Positions 17,884 to 25,679 are shown, counted from the first letter of the stretch. The stretch is DNA of 46,329 nucleotides from an uncultured Candidatus Bathyarchaeia archaeon (GCA_964618655.1 CAZUFG010000002.1:1-46329); one strand, 5' to 3'. The notes: a model not told the origin generated them from the letters alone. Program-made: numbers and translations.

Positions 17884-17886
17884 CAT

Positions 17887-18156
17887 ATGCCTAAACCCTC
17901 CCTGAGGACAAGAAGCGAGAAAAAGCGTTTCCTTCTGTTGCCAGGAGGACGCACCGAAATTCATCGTAAATGTGAGAAAATAGGCGTTTCGCATTGCACC
18001 CGTTGCGGTAGAACACTTTCAGCAGTTCCACGCTTGATTCCGTCAAGCCTACGCAAACTTTCCGCAACCCAAAGAAGGCTTGATCGAATGTACGGCAATC
18101 AACTATGTCACAGTTGCCTGCAAGACCTCCTGAAACATGAGGCAAGAAACCTTTAA
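17887..18156 (+). CDS. rpl34e: 50S ribosomal protein eL34
   Basis: PSLRTRSEKKRFLLLPGGR...CTRCGRTL is the L34e pattern. Confidence 0.9.
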   Translation: MPKPSLRTRSEKKRFLLLPGGRTEIHRKCEKIGVSHCTRCGRTLSAVPRLIPSSLRKLSATQRRLDRMYGNQLCHSCLQDLLKHEARNL

Positions 18157-18185
18157 CATCTGCGAAAAGGCGGACTCGCCAAGCC

Positions 18186-18806
18186 ATGAAAACTTTTCAC
18201 AAAAAATCAAGACAGAAAATTGTGATATGCATATCCGGAATGACTGGATGTGGAAAAAGCACCTTAGCCAAAAAACTGGCGGAGAAATATGAGCTGAAGT
18301 ATCATTCCGGCGGGGACGCCCTAAAATCTTTAGCCATAGAATCAGGATATAAACCCGCCGAAAGGGGATGGTGGGAAACCACTGAAGGAATGAGGTTCCT
18401 CCAACAACGAATGAGAGACTTGAAATTCGATAGGGCGGTAGACGAAAAACTTTTTGAGTGGGCTAAAGAGGGAAACGTCGTTCTCGACAGCTGGACCATG
18501 CCCTGGTTGCTAAAAGACGGTTTCAAAATCTGGATAGAAGTCTCCTTAGAAGAGAGGGCAAGGCGTCTTGCCAAGAGAGACGCCATAAGCCTCGAAGAAG
18601 CCTTCAACATCATAAGGGAAAAAGACGAGAAAACCAAAATGATTTACAAAAGCCTTTACGGCTTCAATCTTGGAGAGGATTTTTCTCCTTTCAATCTGAT
18701 TCTAGACGCAAACGAGCTAAACGCTGACGAAGTTTTCCGTGCTATTTGCATGGTTCTAGATCGTCTCGTACTAGAAAAGTGGGAAACGGCTTCTCAGAAA
18801 CAGTGA
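18186..18806 (+). CDS. cmk: Cytidylate kinase, archaeal type
   Basis: ISGMTGCGKSTLAKKLAEKYELKYHSGGD is the P-loop region. The position between eL34 and eL14 is conserved. Confidence 0.88.
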   Translation: MKTFHKKSRQKIVICISGMTGCGKSTLAKKLAEKYELKYHSGGDALKSLAIESGYKPAERGWWETTEGMRFLQQRMRDLKFDRAVDEKLFEWAKEGNVVLDSWTMPWLLKDGFKIWIEVSLEERARRLAKRDAISLEEAFNIIREKDEKTKMIYKSLYGFNLGEDFSPFNLILDANELNADEVFRAICMVLDRLVLEKWETASQKQ

Positions 18807-18859
18807 AGTTATAAATACGAGTCTGCGAATTCTCTTCAACAACTCATGGAGGTTTCGTG

Positions 18860-19144
18860 ATGCCAGCCATCGAGGTCGGAAGGATATGCGTAAAGATCGC
18901 TGGTCGAGAAGCAGGGAGAAAATGCGTTATCGTAGACGTTATTGACAAAAACTTCGTCTTGGTTACTGGTCCCCCTAAAACGACTGGCATAAAACGGAGA
19001 CGAGTCAACGTGGGCCACATAGAACCAACTCAAAAGAAAATCAGCATAAAACGAGGCGCGACCGACGAAGAAGTGACTGAGGTGCTTACTGCGGCGGGTA
19101 AACTTGAGGAAATGGCCAGCGTCGTCAAGCCTTCATTATCCTAA
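18860..19144 (+). CDS. rpl14e: 50S ribosomal protein eL14
   Basis: [29 protein letters not shown] is the KOW-type L14e N-terminus. A GTG at 18857 is also in frame. Confidence 0.92.
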   Translation: MPAIEVGRICVKIAGREAGRKCVIVDVIDKNFVLVTGPPKTTGIKRRRVNVGHIEPTQKKISIKRGATDEEVTEVLTAAGKLEEMASVVKPSLS

Positions 19145-19185
19145 CCCTTTTAACCCTTCTTAGCCCTTCCATTTCTACGGGATAA

Positions 19186-19417
19186 TTGATGACGAGGATT
19201 AGCGCGCCGTGGGAAGTAAAGCGAGAGCTTGTGGTTAAGGCTGAGGAAGAAACTGACCCACGCTTTGGACATATGCCAGACAAGCGACCTTTACAGGAAT
19301 ACATGAAGTTTGGAATAATCAACCTAGACAAGCCAGCAGGTCCGTCGAGCCACGAAGTTACAGCGTGGATGAAGCGCATCTTAGGCGTTGAGCAGGCTGG
19401 ACACGGCGGGACCCTAG
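19186..19417 (+). CDS. cbf5: Pseudouridine synthase Cbf5 (H/ACA RNP catalytic subunit), exon 1
   Basis: FGIINLDKPAGPSSHEVTAWMKRILGVEQAGHGGTL aligns with the Cbf5/TruB motif I-II region. The exon ends with the first base of the catalytic Asp codon. TTG 19186 or ATG 19189 could be the start. Confidence 0.9.
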
Positions 19418-19446
19418 AAGCCTACTTAGCATAGATGGCTAGGGAA
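19418..19446 (+). other. 29-nt bulge-helix-bulge (BHB) intron within the cbf5 coding sequence
   Basis: Canonical hBHBh' fold. Helices are 19408-19411/19448-19451, 19412-19415/19441-19444 and 19419-19422/19437-19440, with 3-nt bulges at 19416-19418 and 19445-19447. Removing the intron restores GTLDPKVTGVLP in frame. The intron carries an in-frame TAG. Confidence 0.88.
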
Positions 19447-20336
19447 ATCCCAAAGTGACGGGTGTTCTGCCCATCGCCCTAGAAGAAGCCACGAAGGTGA
19501 TTCAGGCTCTCCTCCTTTCAGGGAAGGAATACGTCTGTGTTATGAGACTCCATTCTGAAGTGCCCGAAGACAGGGTTCGGGCTGTTTTAGCCGAGTTTTG
19601 CGGGGTAATTTACCAACGTCCGCCCCTTCGAGCCTCAGTTAAGCGGAGACTGAGGACGCGAAAAATCTATTACAGCAACCTTCTTGAGATGAGTGGGAAG
19701 AACGTTCTTTTTAGGGTTGGATGCGAAGCTGGGACCTACATACGGAAACTCTGCTACGATTTGGGTGAGGCGCTTGGCTGTGGAGCCCACATGCAGGAGC
19801 TCCGCCGAACTCGATCTGGACCATTAGTTGAAGAAGAAGGGCTTGTAACACTGCACGACGTGTCCTATTTGTTTGGGGAATGGCAAGAAACGAAAGATGA
19901 GACTCTGCTTAAGAAGTTTATAATGCCCATGGAGAGGGCACTGGAACTACTTCCGAAAGTTTACATACGTGACTCTGCCGTAGACGCGGTTTGTCACGGA
20001 GCCCACCTCTCTGCGCCGGGCGTCTTATCTCTGGAGACGAAGATAAAACCTGGTGATGCGGTGGTTGTGTTTACTCTGAAGGGTGAGGCTGTGGCGTTGT
20101 CGAAAGCCCTAGCGTCTACGGAGGAAATTTTAAGGATGGAGCATGGGCTGGTGGCTAAAACTCAGCGGGTTCTGATGCCTCGCGGCTTCTATCCCAAAAT
20201 GTGGCGCAGCGGTTCAAAAAAGCTAAAGAACACCCATAAACCTTCTATTCATGACTGGCGAAAAAGCCGGGGTATCCTAGGGCAGAAAAACAGACAAGAC
20301 TGCGGGAAGTCCGGTAGGGAGCAGATTCAATCCTGA
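19447..20336 (+). CDS. cbf5: Pseudouridine synthase Cbf5, exon 2 (catalytic and PUA domains); the tail reads into the tRNA-Ser gene
   Basis: (D)PKVTGVLPIALEEATKV..., YQRPPLRASVKRRLRTR, GTYIRKLCYDLG and a PUA domain ending ...RVLMPRGFYPKMW. The stop TGA at 20334-20336 lies inside tRNA intron 2. Confidence 0.9.
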
Positions 20337-20421
20337 ACGAAGCTTATGCCTGGAGTTGTCTAGCTTAGACAGCCTGTGGCCCTTCGGGGCCGCGTGGGTT
20401 CAAATCCCACCCCCGGCGCCA
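20266..20421 (+). tRNA. tRNA-Ser (anticodon GGA) with three BHB introns (20281-20309, 20325-20347, 20356-20370) and an encoded CCA
   Basis: Hand-folded. The spliced 89-nt product is GCCGGGG-UA-UCCU-AGUCCGGUA-GGGA-G-CAGGC-CUGGAGA-GCCUG, then a long variable arm (GGCCC-UUCG-GGGCC), GUGGG-UUCAAAU-CCCAC, CCCCGGC and G-CCA. All stems pair and U33, G18G19 and discriminator G73 are present. Each intron is flanked by a 4-bp central helix with 3-nt bulges cut after the second bulge nucleotide. Confidence 0.85.
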
Positions 20422-20816
20422 ACAACATTGTCGAGGATGAACCCCCATGGTCTGCTATTTCCATTTTCTGACAAGAATTTTGATTCTGGCCTCTTTAAAC
20501 GGAGCCCACCACAAGCTTCTTCAACAAAACAAAACCAGCCTCAAAGTCCGATTTCAACCCTCCCGCTAGACTCCCTTCTAGGCTAACTCGCAAATTTTTT
20601 CTTCTGGGTCAGAATCAAAGGACACCTCTACAAAGGCTACCATGAATGCCCACTCTGCGGCAGACAAACCACTTAAGGCCCTTTATTGTTTAACCTCACA
20701 AATCGCTTTAATGATTCGGAATCTGAATTAAACAGATTAACTCTCCATATTTTATCTTCACAAACTTAATTTTTAACTCTTTCCAGAATTATTAATGCAA
20801 CACAGGAGACTGTTAA

Positions 20817-20978
20817 ATGAAAACCAAGAAAGCCGTCATCGTAATCCTACTAGTTAAGGAAAGTCAGTTGAAATCCAATGAGGAGATTGAGAAGGAAATA
20901 TTTGAAAGCCTTTCGAAAGGTGTGCCCAGAATCCCATGGCTCGCAGAAGTTGAAAAAGTCACAGTGTGGGAAAGATAA
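20817..20978 (+). CDS. Small hypothetical protein (53 aa)
   Basis: Below the track size cutoff. ATG preceded by GGAGAC. Sequence is MKTKKAVIVILLVKESQLKSNEEIEKEIFESLSKGVPRIPWLAEVEKVTVWER. No family recognised. Confidence 0.35.
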   Translation: MKTKKAVIVILLVKESQLKSNEEIEKEIFESLSKGVPRIPWLAEVEKVTVWER

Positions 20979-21111
20979 AGGTCGCCTTTGAATTATAACT
21001 TACAAATATTCTACATCTGATTCTGAATAATCTTTCGAGACGAAAAACTTAAAAACTGTTCAAATGCAAATTTGAAGCCCCCAATAGGGGGAACTACTGG
21101 AGAGTCTCGCA

Positions 21112-21456
21112 ATGCAAAATGTGGTTTTAAGCGAAGCGTTGGAAGATAAAGTGTTTAAAGACATTCAAGCAAGGATTGTTAAAAGTTTCTTAGACGTGAT
21201 GGTACTCATGGAATTGAGGAATAAACCGCTTGGCGGATACAATGTCATCGCATTCATCTACAAAAAATTGAATATTCTACTCAGTTCTGGCACGGTTTAT
21301 TCTCAGCTCTATTATCTTGAAAGGAACGGGTTGATAAAAGCCCATCCAAATCAGAGAAAAAGGGAGTACACTTTGACTGAAAAAGGCAAAGAAACCGTGA
21401 GAGCCATTCTGAATATTCGAGACAAAGTCAAAGTTCTGGTACAATATATAATCTAA
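21112..21456 (+). CDS. PadR-family winged-helix transcriptional regulator
   Basis: LMELRNKPLGGYNVIAFI...SSGTVYSQLYYLERNGLIKAH...REYTLTEKGKE is the PadR signature. Confidence 0.85.
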   Translation: MQNVVLSEALEDKVFKDIQARIVKSFLDVMVLMELRNKPLGGYNVIAFIYKKLNILLSSGTVYSQLYYLERNGLIKAHPNQRKREYTLTEKGKETVRAILNIRDKVKVLVQYII

Positions 21457-21497
21457 AAAAACTCTAACCCCCCATTTCTCTTACATCAAGAAAATAC

Positions 21498-21554
21498 ACA
21501 CGCGCACACGCTCCTAGACCATCCCATATATGATCCAACTAGGATCCAAATATG
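21498..21554 (+). repeat. 57-nt dispersed intergenic repeat, copy 2
   Basis: ACACGCGCACACGCTCCTAGACCATCCCATATATGATCCAACTAGGATCCAAATATG matches the reverse complement of 4120-4176 at 50 of 57 positions. Confidence 0.85.
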
Positions 21555-21640
21555 TCACGCCCACTACGCCACATTCTCAAAAAACGAGAACTGCCAGGAT
21601 CAGAAAAAAAGGGAAGATTGCGGGGGATATCACCCCGCTT

Positions 21641-21668
21641 GCGTGGGTTCAAATCCCCCCCGGCGCCA
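21641..21668 (+). pseudogene. Truncated tRNA-like fragment (T-arm, acceptor 3' strand and CCA) duplicating the 3' end of tRNA-Ser
   Basis: GCGTGGGTTCAAATCCC-CCCCGGCGCCA equals 20392-20421 except for a 2-nt deletion that breaks the T-stem. No matching 5' acceptor strand lies upstream. It is preceded by a hairpin (21620-21638) and a sequence resembling tRNA-Ser intron 1. Confidence 0.7.
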
Positions 21669-21721
21669 AAAATATCTTTTTCAACAAACCCGCAGTCTAG
21701 GATCTGAATGTTTAGGGAGTT

Positions 21722-22348
21722 TCATTTAAGTGGATTCACATTCTTCTCTACATCGACTTCTTCTGCCCAAAAGACCCATTTTTCTCCATTTCTAACTGGT
21801 ATCTCTGGGAAAAAGCCTTCTCGTTCAAACTTCTCCCTTATCAAGTCGGTAATCTTCTTGTATAAGAAGAAGGTTAGATCTTCAAAAGTCCATCTTCTTT
21901 TGGGCAGACTGGTTCTGTCAAAATTAGTTTTCAATCGATCCTTGTTTGTCTTTATGATTTTCGCTACCTCTCCAATGATCTTAGTGAGAATGGGTTCTAG
22001 GGTCTCCAGATCTGACTTCAAGACTACTGGAAAACTGGGCGAATAGTATTTTTCCCTTTTGAACGCTCTTCCGCTTTCGGGAACCTCAACTTCCTTAATT
22101 AAACCTTCGTTTAACAAATCAGCAACATGTTTGTAGATGGCTGGCTGTGACAGCCCTATTTCCTTCGCAAGTTGAGTCACGGTTTTCGGCTCCTTGTAGA
22201 TTTTGTTAATGATGATTTGGCGAGTTTCTGACGATAATGAGCCAGACCTGCTGACATAAGACCAGGGATCTTCTATGGAGTTTATGCAACTGCAAGAAAA
22301 TTTCAATATGTGTGTTTCACCGTTTCTTTTGCTCATTTGTTGCGTCAC
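21722..22348 (-). CDS. ArsR/TrmB-like winged-HTH transcriptional regulator with an uncharacterised C-terminal domain
   Basis: TRQIIINKIYKEPKTVTQLAKEIGLSQPAIYKHVADLLNEGLIKE is an ArsR-type HTH. 208 aa. Confidence 0.75.
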   Translation of the reverse strand: MTQQMSKRNGETHILKFSCSCINSIEDPWSYVSRSGSLSSETRQIIINKIYKEPKTVTQLAKEIGLSQPAIYKHVADLLNEGLIKEVEVPESGRAFKREKYYSPSFPVVLKSDLETLEPILTKIIGEVAKIIKTNKDRLKTNFDRTSLPKRRWTFEDLTFFLYKKITDLIREKFEREGFFPEIPVRNGEKWVFWAEEVDVEKNVNPLK

Positions 22349-22472
22349 CGTGAGAGAATAAATAACCGCAAGGTTAATAACCTTTCCGTTATAATAATAG
22401 AGAACAAGAAGGAGGGAGACTGTAATAAAGAAGAGCAGTCATATCAAGAAGATTCCGCATATCACCATTGGC

Positions 22473-22835
22473 GTGTCAGATTTAAAAAAGTCTGTGTCTT
22501 TCTATCAGGATGTTGTCGGTCTTGAGAAATTAGGCGAATGGCCCGCTTACGCACTTTTTGACGCCGCCGGAGTGACGTTTGGCTTGGAGCCAAAAGCTAA
22601 ACTGGATATTTGCTTTCTCGTCGATGACCTGGACAAAGCCTATCAAAATCTCAAAGATAAAGGAGCCAAATTTGTTACTCCACCGAAAGATCAATCATGG
22701 GGTGCCCAAGCCGCTACTTTCTTTGACCCTGACGGAAACAGAGTCACCATTGAAACGTTCCACTGTAAAGTCTGCGGCAAAACCTGTCAGAGTTATCGCG
22801 AGTTCCTTGAAGAACACCTAAGAAAACACAAATAA
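22473..22835 (+). CDS. Glyoxalase/bleomycin-resistance (VOC) family protein with a C-terminal C2H2-like zinc-finger tail
   Basis: VSDLKKSVSFYQDVVGLE...ATFFDPDGNRVTIE is a VOC fold. The tail is FHCKVCGKTCQSYREFLEEHLRKHK. Family similarity seems to extend upstream of the GTG (IPHITIG), so the start is uncertain; the frame is open from 22401. Confidence 0.75.
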   Translation: MSDLKKSVSFYQDVVGLEKLGEWPAYALFDAAGVTFGLEPKAKLDICFLVDDLDKAYQNLKDKGAKFVTPPKDQSWGAQAATFFDPDGNRVTIETFHCKVCGKTCQSYREFLEEHLRKHK

Positions 22836-22968
22836 ATTGTCAAAATGCCTAAGGGGCACATTATCCCGAACACCTTGCTTCCATCGAGCCTCGCTGGCTG
22901 TGAGCCTTACAACTACAAGTTGTTTAAACATCAAAAATGTCGCGATTGACTAATGCTGAGGGATCAGT

Positions 22969-23934
22969 GTGGATTGGAAAATGTCGTTAAAGAAGGATGT
23001 ATTGCAGTGGTTGCTGGATGGAGAACCCTGGGTCATTTATCGCACATTGACATGGCTCTTAGATAAGGACGAAAAAGATAACTCAGTGATGGCAGCAAGA
23101 GCGGCAATTCCAAACCACCCATTGATAAAGAAGATTTTTGCAGGTCTAAACGAGGATGGCTATTGGGGAAAGCCAAAGGACATTCACACTTGGTGGCCTA
23201 AGAAGGACACAACCTTCTGGCTACTTCCGATGTTGGGAGATTTCGGGTTTACAATAGAAGATAGAAGAATTGCTAGAGCCTGCGAATACGTGTTCAGCAC
23301 CCAACTCCAATCTGGCGGGTTCGGATGGGATCCGCCAACAAAACCCAGCGATTGCCACAGCTCCATCATAACTCAATCTTTAGCAAAATTGGGTCTCATA
23401 GGAGACTCTAGACTACAGAATGCTTATGACTGGCTCATCAGAAGACAGCGTCTTGACGGTGGGTTCTGGTGTAAGGACACTGGGCAGATTGGCGGACCGA
23501 GAGAGAAGGAGCCCAGTTGCGCTATGGCTACAATGTATGTGCTAGGAGCGTTAACTCAGAATCCCAAACTTCGAAGCAGCGAAGTTGCTAGGAGAGGAGT
23601 TGATTTTCTTCTTGGATGCTGGGAAAACAGAGGGAAGATAAAGTATGCGGGTCACGATAGTCAAGTTGGAACTGGTTGGGAGAAACTGAAGTACCCGTTC
23701 ACTGACTACAAAATCTTGAAGTTTCTGGACGTTCTGTCTCAGTTTGAATACGCCAAGCAGAGGCTTCAAGAATCAGAAATGGTCAACATACTCCTCTCAA
23801 AACAAGACGAGATAGGAAGGTTTACACCCGAATCGATCCATAAAGTGTGGTCTGATTTTGACTTTGGACAAAAAGAAAAGCCTTCCAGATGGATCACCCT
23901 CTTGGTTTTAAGAATATTGAAGAAAATAACTTAG
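22969..23934 (+). CDS. Prenyltransferase/squalene-cyclase-repeat (alpha/alpha-toroid) protein
   Basis: It carries recurrent QxxDGGW-type repeats: LNEDGYWG, TQLQSGGFGW and RRQRLDGGFW. 321 aa. Function unknown. Confidence 0.65.
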   Translation: MDWKMSLKKDVLQWLLDGEPWVIYRTLTWLLDKDEKDNSVMAARAAIPNHPLIKKIFAGLNEDGYWGKPKDIHTWWPKKDTTFWLLPMLGDFGFTIEDRRIARACEYVFSTQLQSGGFGWDPPTKPSDCHSSIITQSLAKLGLIGDSRLQNAYDWLIRRQRLDGGFWCKDTGQIGGPREKEPSCAMATMYVLGALTQNPKLRSSEVARRGVDFLLGCWENRGKIKYAGHDSQVGTGWEKLKYPFTDYKILKFLDVLSQFEYAKQRLQESEMVNILLSKQDEIGRFTPESIHKVWSDFDFGQKEKPSRWITLLVLRILKKIT

Positions 23935-24020
23935 CAAGCCCAGGAGTCTGTCTTGGCGTCTCACTAAAAATCTTTATGCCAGGTATTCTAAAGAAAGAGG
24001 TCAATTGTGGAGGTGTGTTT

Positions 24021-25226
24021 ATGGTGAAGATAGCCATTAGTGAAGGAGAATACAAGCGGAGAATCAGTAACGTCTTGGAAGAGTTGAAGAAGCGGAAACT
24101 AGACGCCCTTTACTTGACCAGTGGCACGAGTTTTCTCTATCTCACGGGATACTCCTACATTACAACGGAGAGGCCAGCGGCACTCATCATTCCAGTCGAA
24201 GGCGAAATAGCCTTTATTGGACCAGCCCTCGAAACTGACCATGTTCCCCTAAAAACTAAGCTTGTCAAGAATATCAAGACTTATCCAGACTATCCAGGCG
24301 AAAAACACCCAATCGAACATTTCTCCATTTTCCTTAAAGAGTTAGGCTTAGACAACAAGAAGATTGGCATAGACAATATGGCGGGAGCGGCTGGAATCTG
24401 GGGCTATAAAGGTCCTCGAATTACGGAAAAGTTTCCCAGCGCCAAGTTTGTTGAAGCCAAAGACATTGTTGAAGACATGCGGTTGATCAAGTCGAAGGAA
24501 GAGGTTGAACTGATCATAGAGAGCGCTAAATGGGGGAATCTGGCGCATTCGTTGCTTCAAGAATATACAGAACCAGGCTTGTGGGATGTAGAAATATCCA
24601 TGCGGGCTTCCCATGAGGCTTCAGTTGCCATGAAACGAGCTTTGGGACCAGATTATGAGCCCTGCAAATGGGGTGATTCTCCAGCAGGCGCGGGTTTCAG
24701 AGGGCAGGTTGGCGCAATGTCTGCCATTCCCCACTCAATCGGCACAAAAAGAGTGATCAAAGTCGGAGACGTCATCGTGTCAGGCGCTTCCGCAGATGTT
24801 GGCGGATACTGTAGCGAACTCGAACGAACCATGATTGTCGGACAGCCCACCGAAACCCAGAAACGATATTTCGAGGTCATGTTGAAGGCTCAAGACGCGG
24901 GATTAGCAACTTTCCGACCTGGCGCAAGATGCAGCGACGTAGACAAGACGACAGTGAAAGTTTTTCAGAAGGCAGGCTATGGCGCACTAATAAGGCATCA
25001 TAGTGGTCATGGGCTGGGCTTAGAAGGACATGAGCCGCCGTGGCTCGACGTGGGCGACGACACAGTTATGATGCCAGGCATGGTCTTCAGTTGTGAGCCA
25101 GGCATATACAAGCCAGGATACGCTGGGTTTAGGCACTCCGACACGGTGGTAATAACTGAGGACGGCGCTGAGATAATCACCTATTATCCCCGAGATTTGG
25201 AGTCGCTCACCATCCGCAAGAGATGA
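24021..25226 (+). CDS. M24-family metallopeptidase (Xaa-Pro dipeptidase/aminopeptidase P-like)
   Basis: ATG at 24021 after GGAGG (the track ORF starts at 23889 inside the previous gene). It has a creatinase-like N-domain and HHSGHGLGLEGHEPP...SCEPGIY metal-ligand motifs. Confidence 0.88.
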   Translation: MVKIAISEGEYKRRISNVLEELKKRKLDALYLTSGTSFLYLTGYSYITTERPAALIIPVEGEIAFIGPALETDHVPLKTKLVKNIKTYPDYPGEKHPIEHFSIFLKELGLDNKKIGIDNMAGAAGIWGYKGPRITEKFPSAKFVEAKDIVEDMRLIKSKEEVELIIESAKWGNLAHSLLQEYTEPGLWDVEISMRASHEASVAMKRALGPDYEPCKWGDSPAGAGFRGQVGAMSAIPHSIGTKRVIKVGDVIVSGASADVGGYCSELERTMIVGQPTETQKRYFEVMLKAQDAGLATFRPGARCSDVDKTTVKVFQKAGYGALIRHHSGHGLGLEGHEPPWLDVGDDTVMMPGMVFSCEPGIYKPGYAGFRHSDTVVITEDGAEIITYYPRDLESLTIRKR

Positions 25227-25253
25227 GCCATCCGCCTTTCAGAAACACGGTGA

Positions 25254-25679
25254 GTGGCAATGATAAAAGAGAGCCTTAGGAATCAGGATGAACGTCTTCT
25301 TAATGCTGCACTGGAAGCCATGAAGAACGCTCATGTTATCTGGGGATTTGCAGTTGGCGCAGCAGTTTTGGCTGAAGACAACAGCGTTTACGAAGGATGT
25401 AATGTTGAAAGTCGAATCTCTGGGCTTGGTGTTTGTGCCGAAAGATGCGCCATAGACCATGCTGTTCTGCATGGCAAGAAGAGAATTACGGCTGTAGCCG
25501 TTGTGATGGAAGCCGAAAACGTTAATGGGCCTAGACCGTGCGGAGCGTGTCTCCAATACATCAACGATTTTTCAGAGGGCAAGGCTAGGATAGTCATGGC
25601 AAAAGTGAAGGATGGCAAGATACTTCCGAAGGGCATCGAGGTGAAACTAATTAAGGAAATGTTGCCGTATCCACTTTAA
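25254..25679 (+). CDS. cdd: Cytidine deaminase
   Basis: The zinc motifs CAERCAI and PCGACLQYI are present, and the size is typical for Cdd. Confidence 0.88.
   Translation: MAMIKESLRNQDERLLNAALEAMKNAHVIWGFAVGAAVLAEDNSVYEGCNVESRISGLGVCAERCAIDHAVLHGKKRITAVAVVMEAENVNGPRPCGACLQYINDFSEGKARIVMAKVKDGKILPKGIEVKLIKEMLPYPL

Noticed and set aside
19417-19457. cbf5 as a frameshifted pseudogene or sequencing error (ORF1 tail EAYLA-stop, then ORF2 restarting at GTG 19455)
   Set aside because: Both halves are otherwise intact and conserved. Exact removal of 29 nt restores the catalytic GTLDP motif. The junctions fall at symmetric positions in a canonical BHB fold, so an intron explains the data better than decay.
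20358-20370. Hairpin GTCTA-GCT-TAGAC considered as the anticodon arm (anticodon GCU) of the tRNA
   Set aside because: It would give a 3-nt loop, or a 7-nt loop without U33, and no matching 5-bp stem continuous with the D-arm. It is better explained as the interior of intron 3. The GGA solution gives perfect stems and a canonical loop.
20356-20586. 76-aa plus-strand ORF overlapping the tRNA-Ser 3' half
   Set aside because: It overlaps a well-supported tRNA, has a low-complexity Pro/Ser-rich translation, and has no RBS or family signal.
20598-20670. Short frame reading ...WVRIKGHLYKGYHECPLCGRQTT-stop, considered as a remnant of a zinc-ribbon or integrase-like gene next to the tRNA
   Set aside because: Only about 25 codons are open, with an upstream stop and no start. 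The fragment is too short to assign and could only be tested by a database search.
4120-21554. The two inverted 57-nt repeats as terminal inverted repeats of a 17-kb transposon
   Set aside because: The interval is the essential, conserved ribosomal operon and contains no transposase. No target-site duplication was seen. Independent dispersed copies are more plausible.
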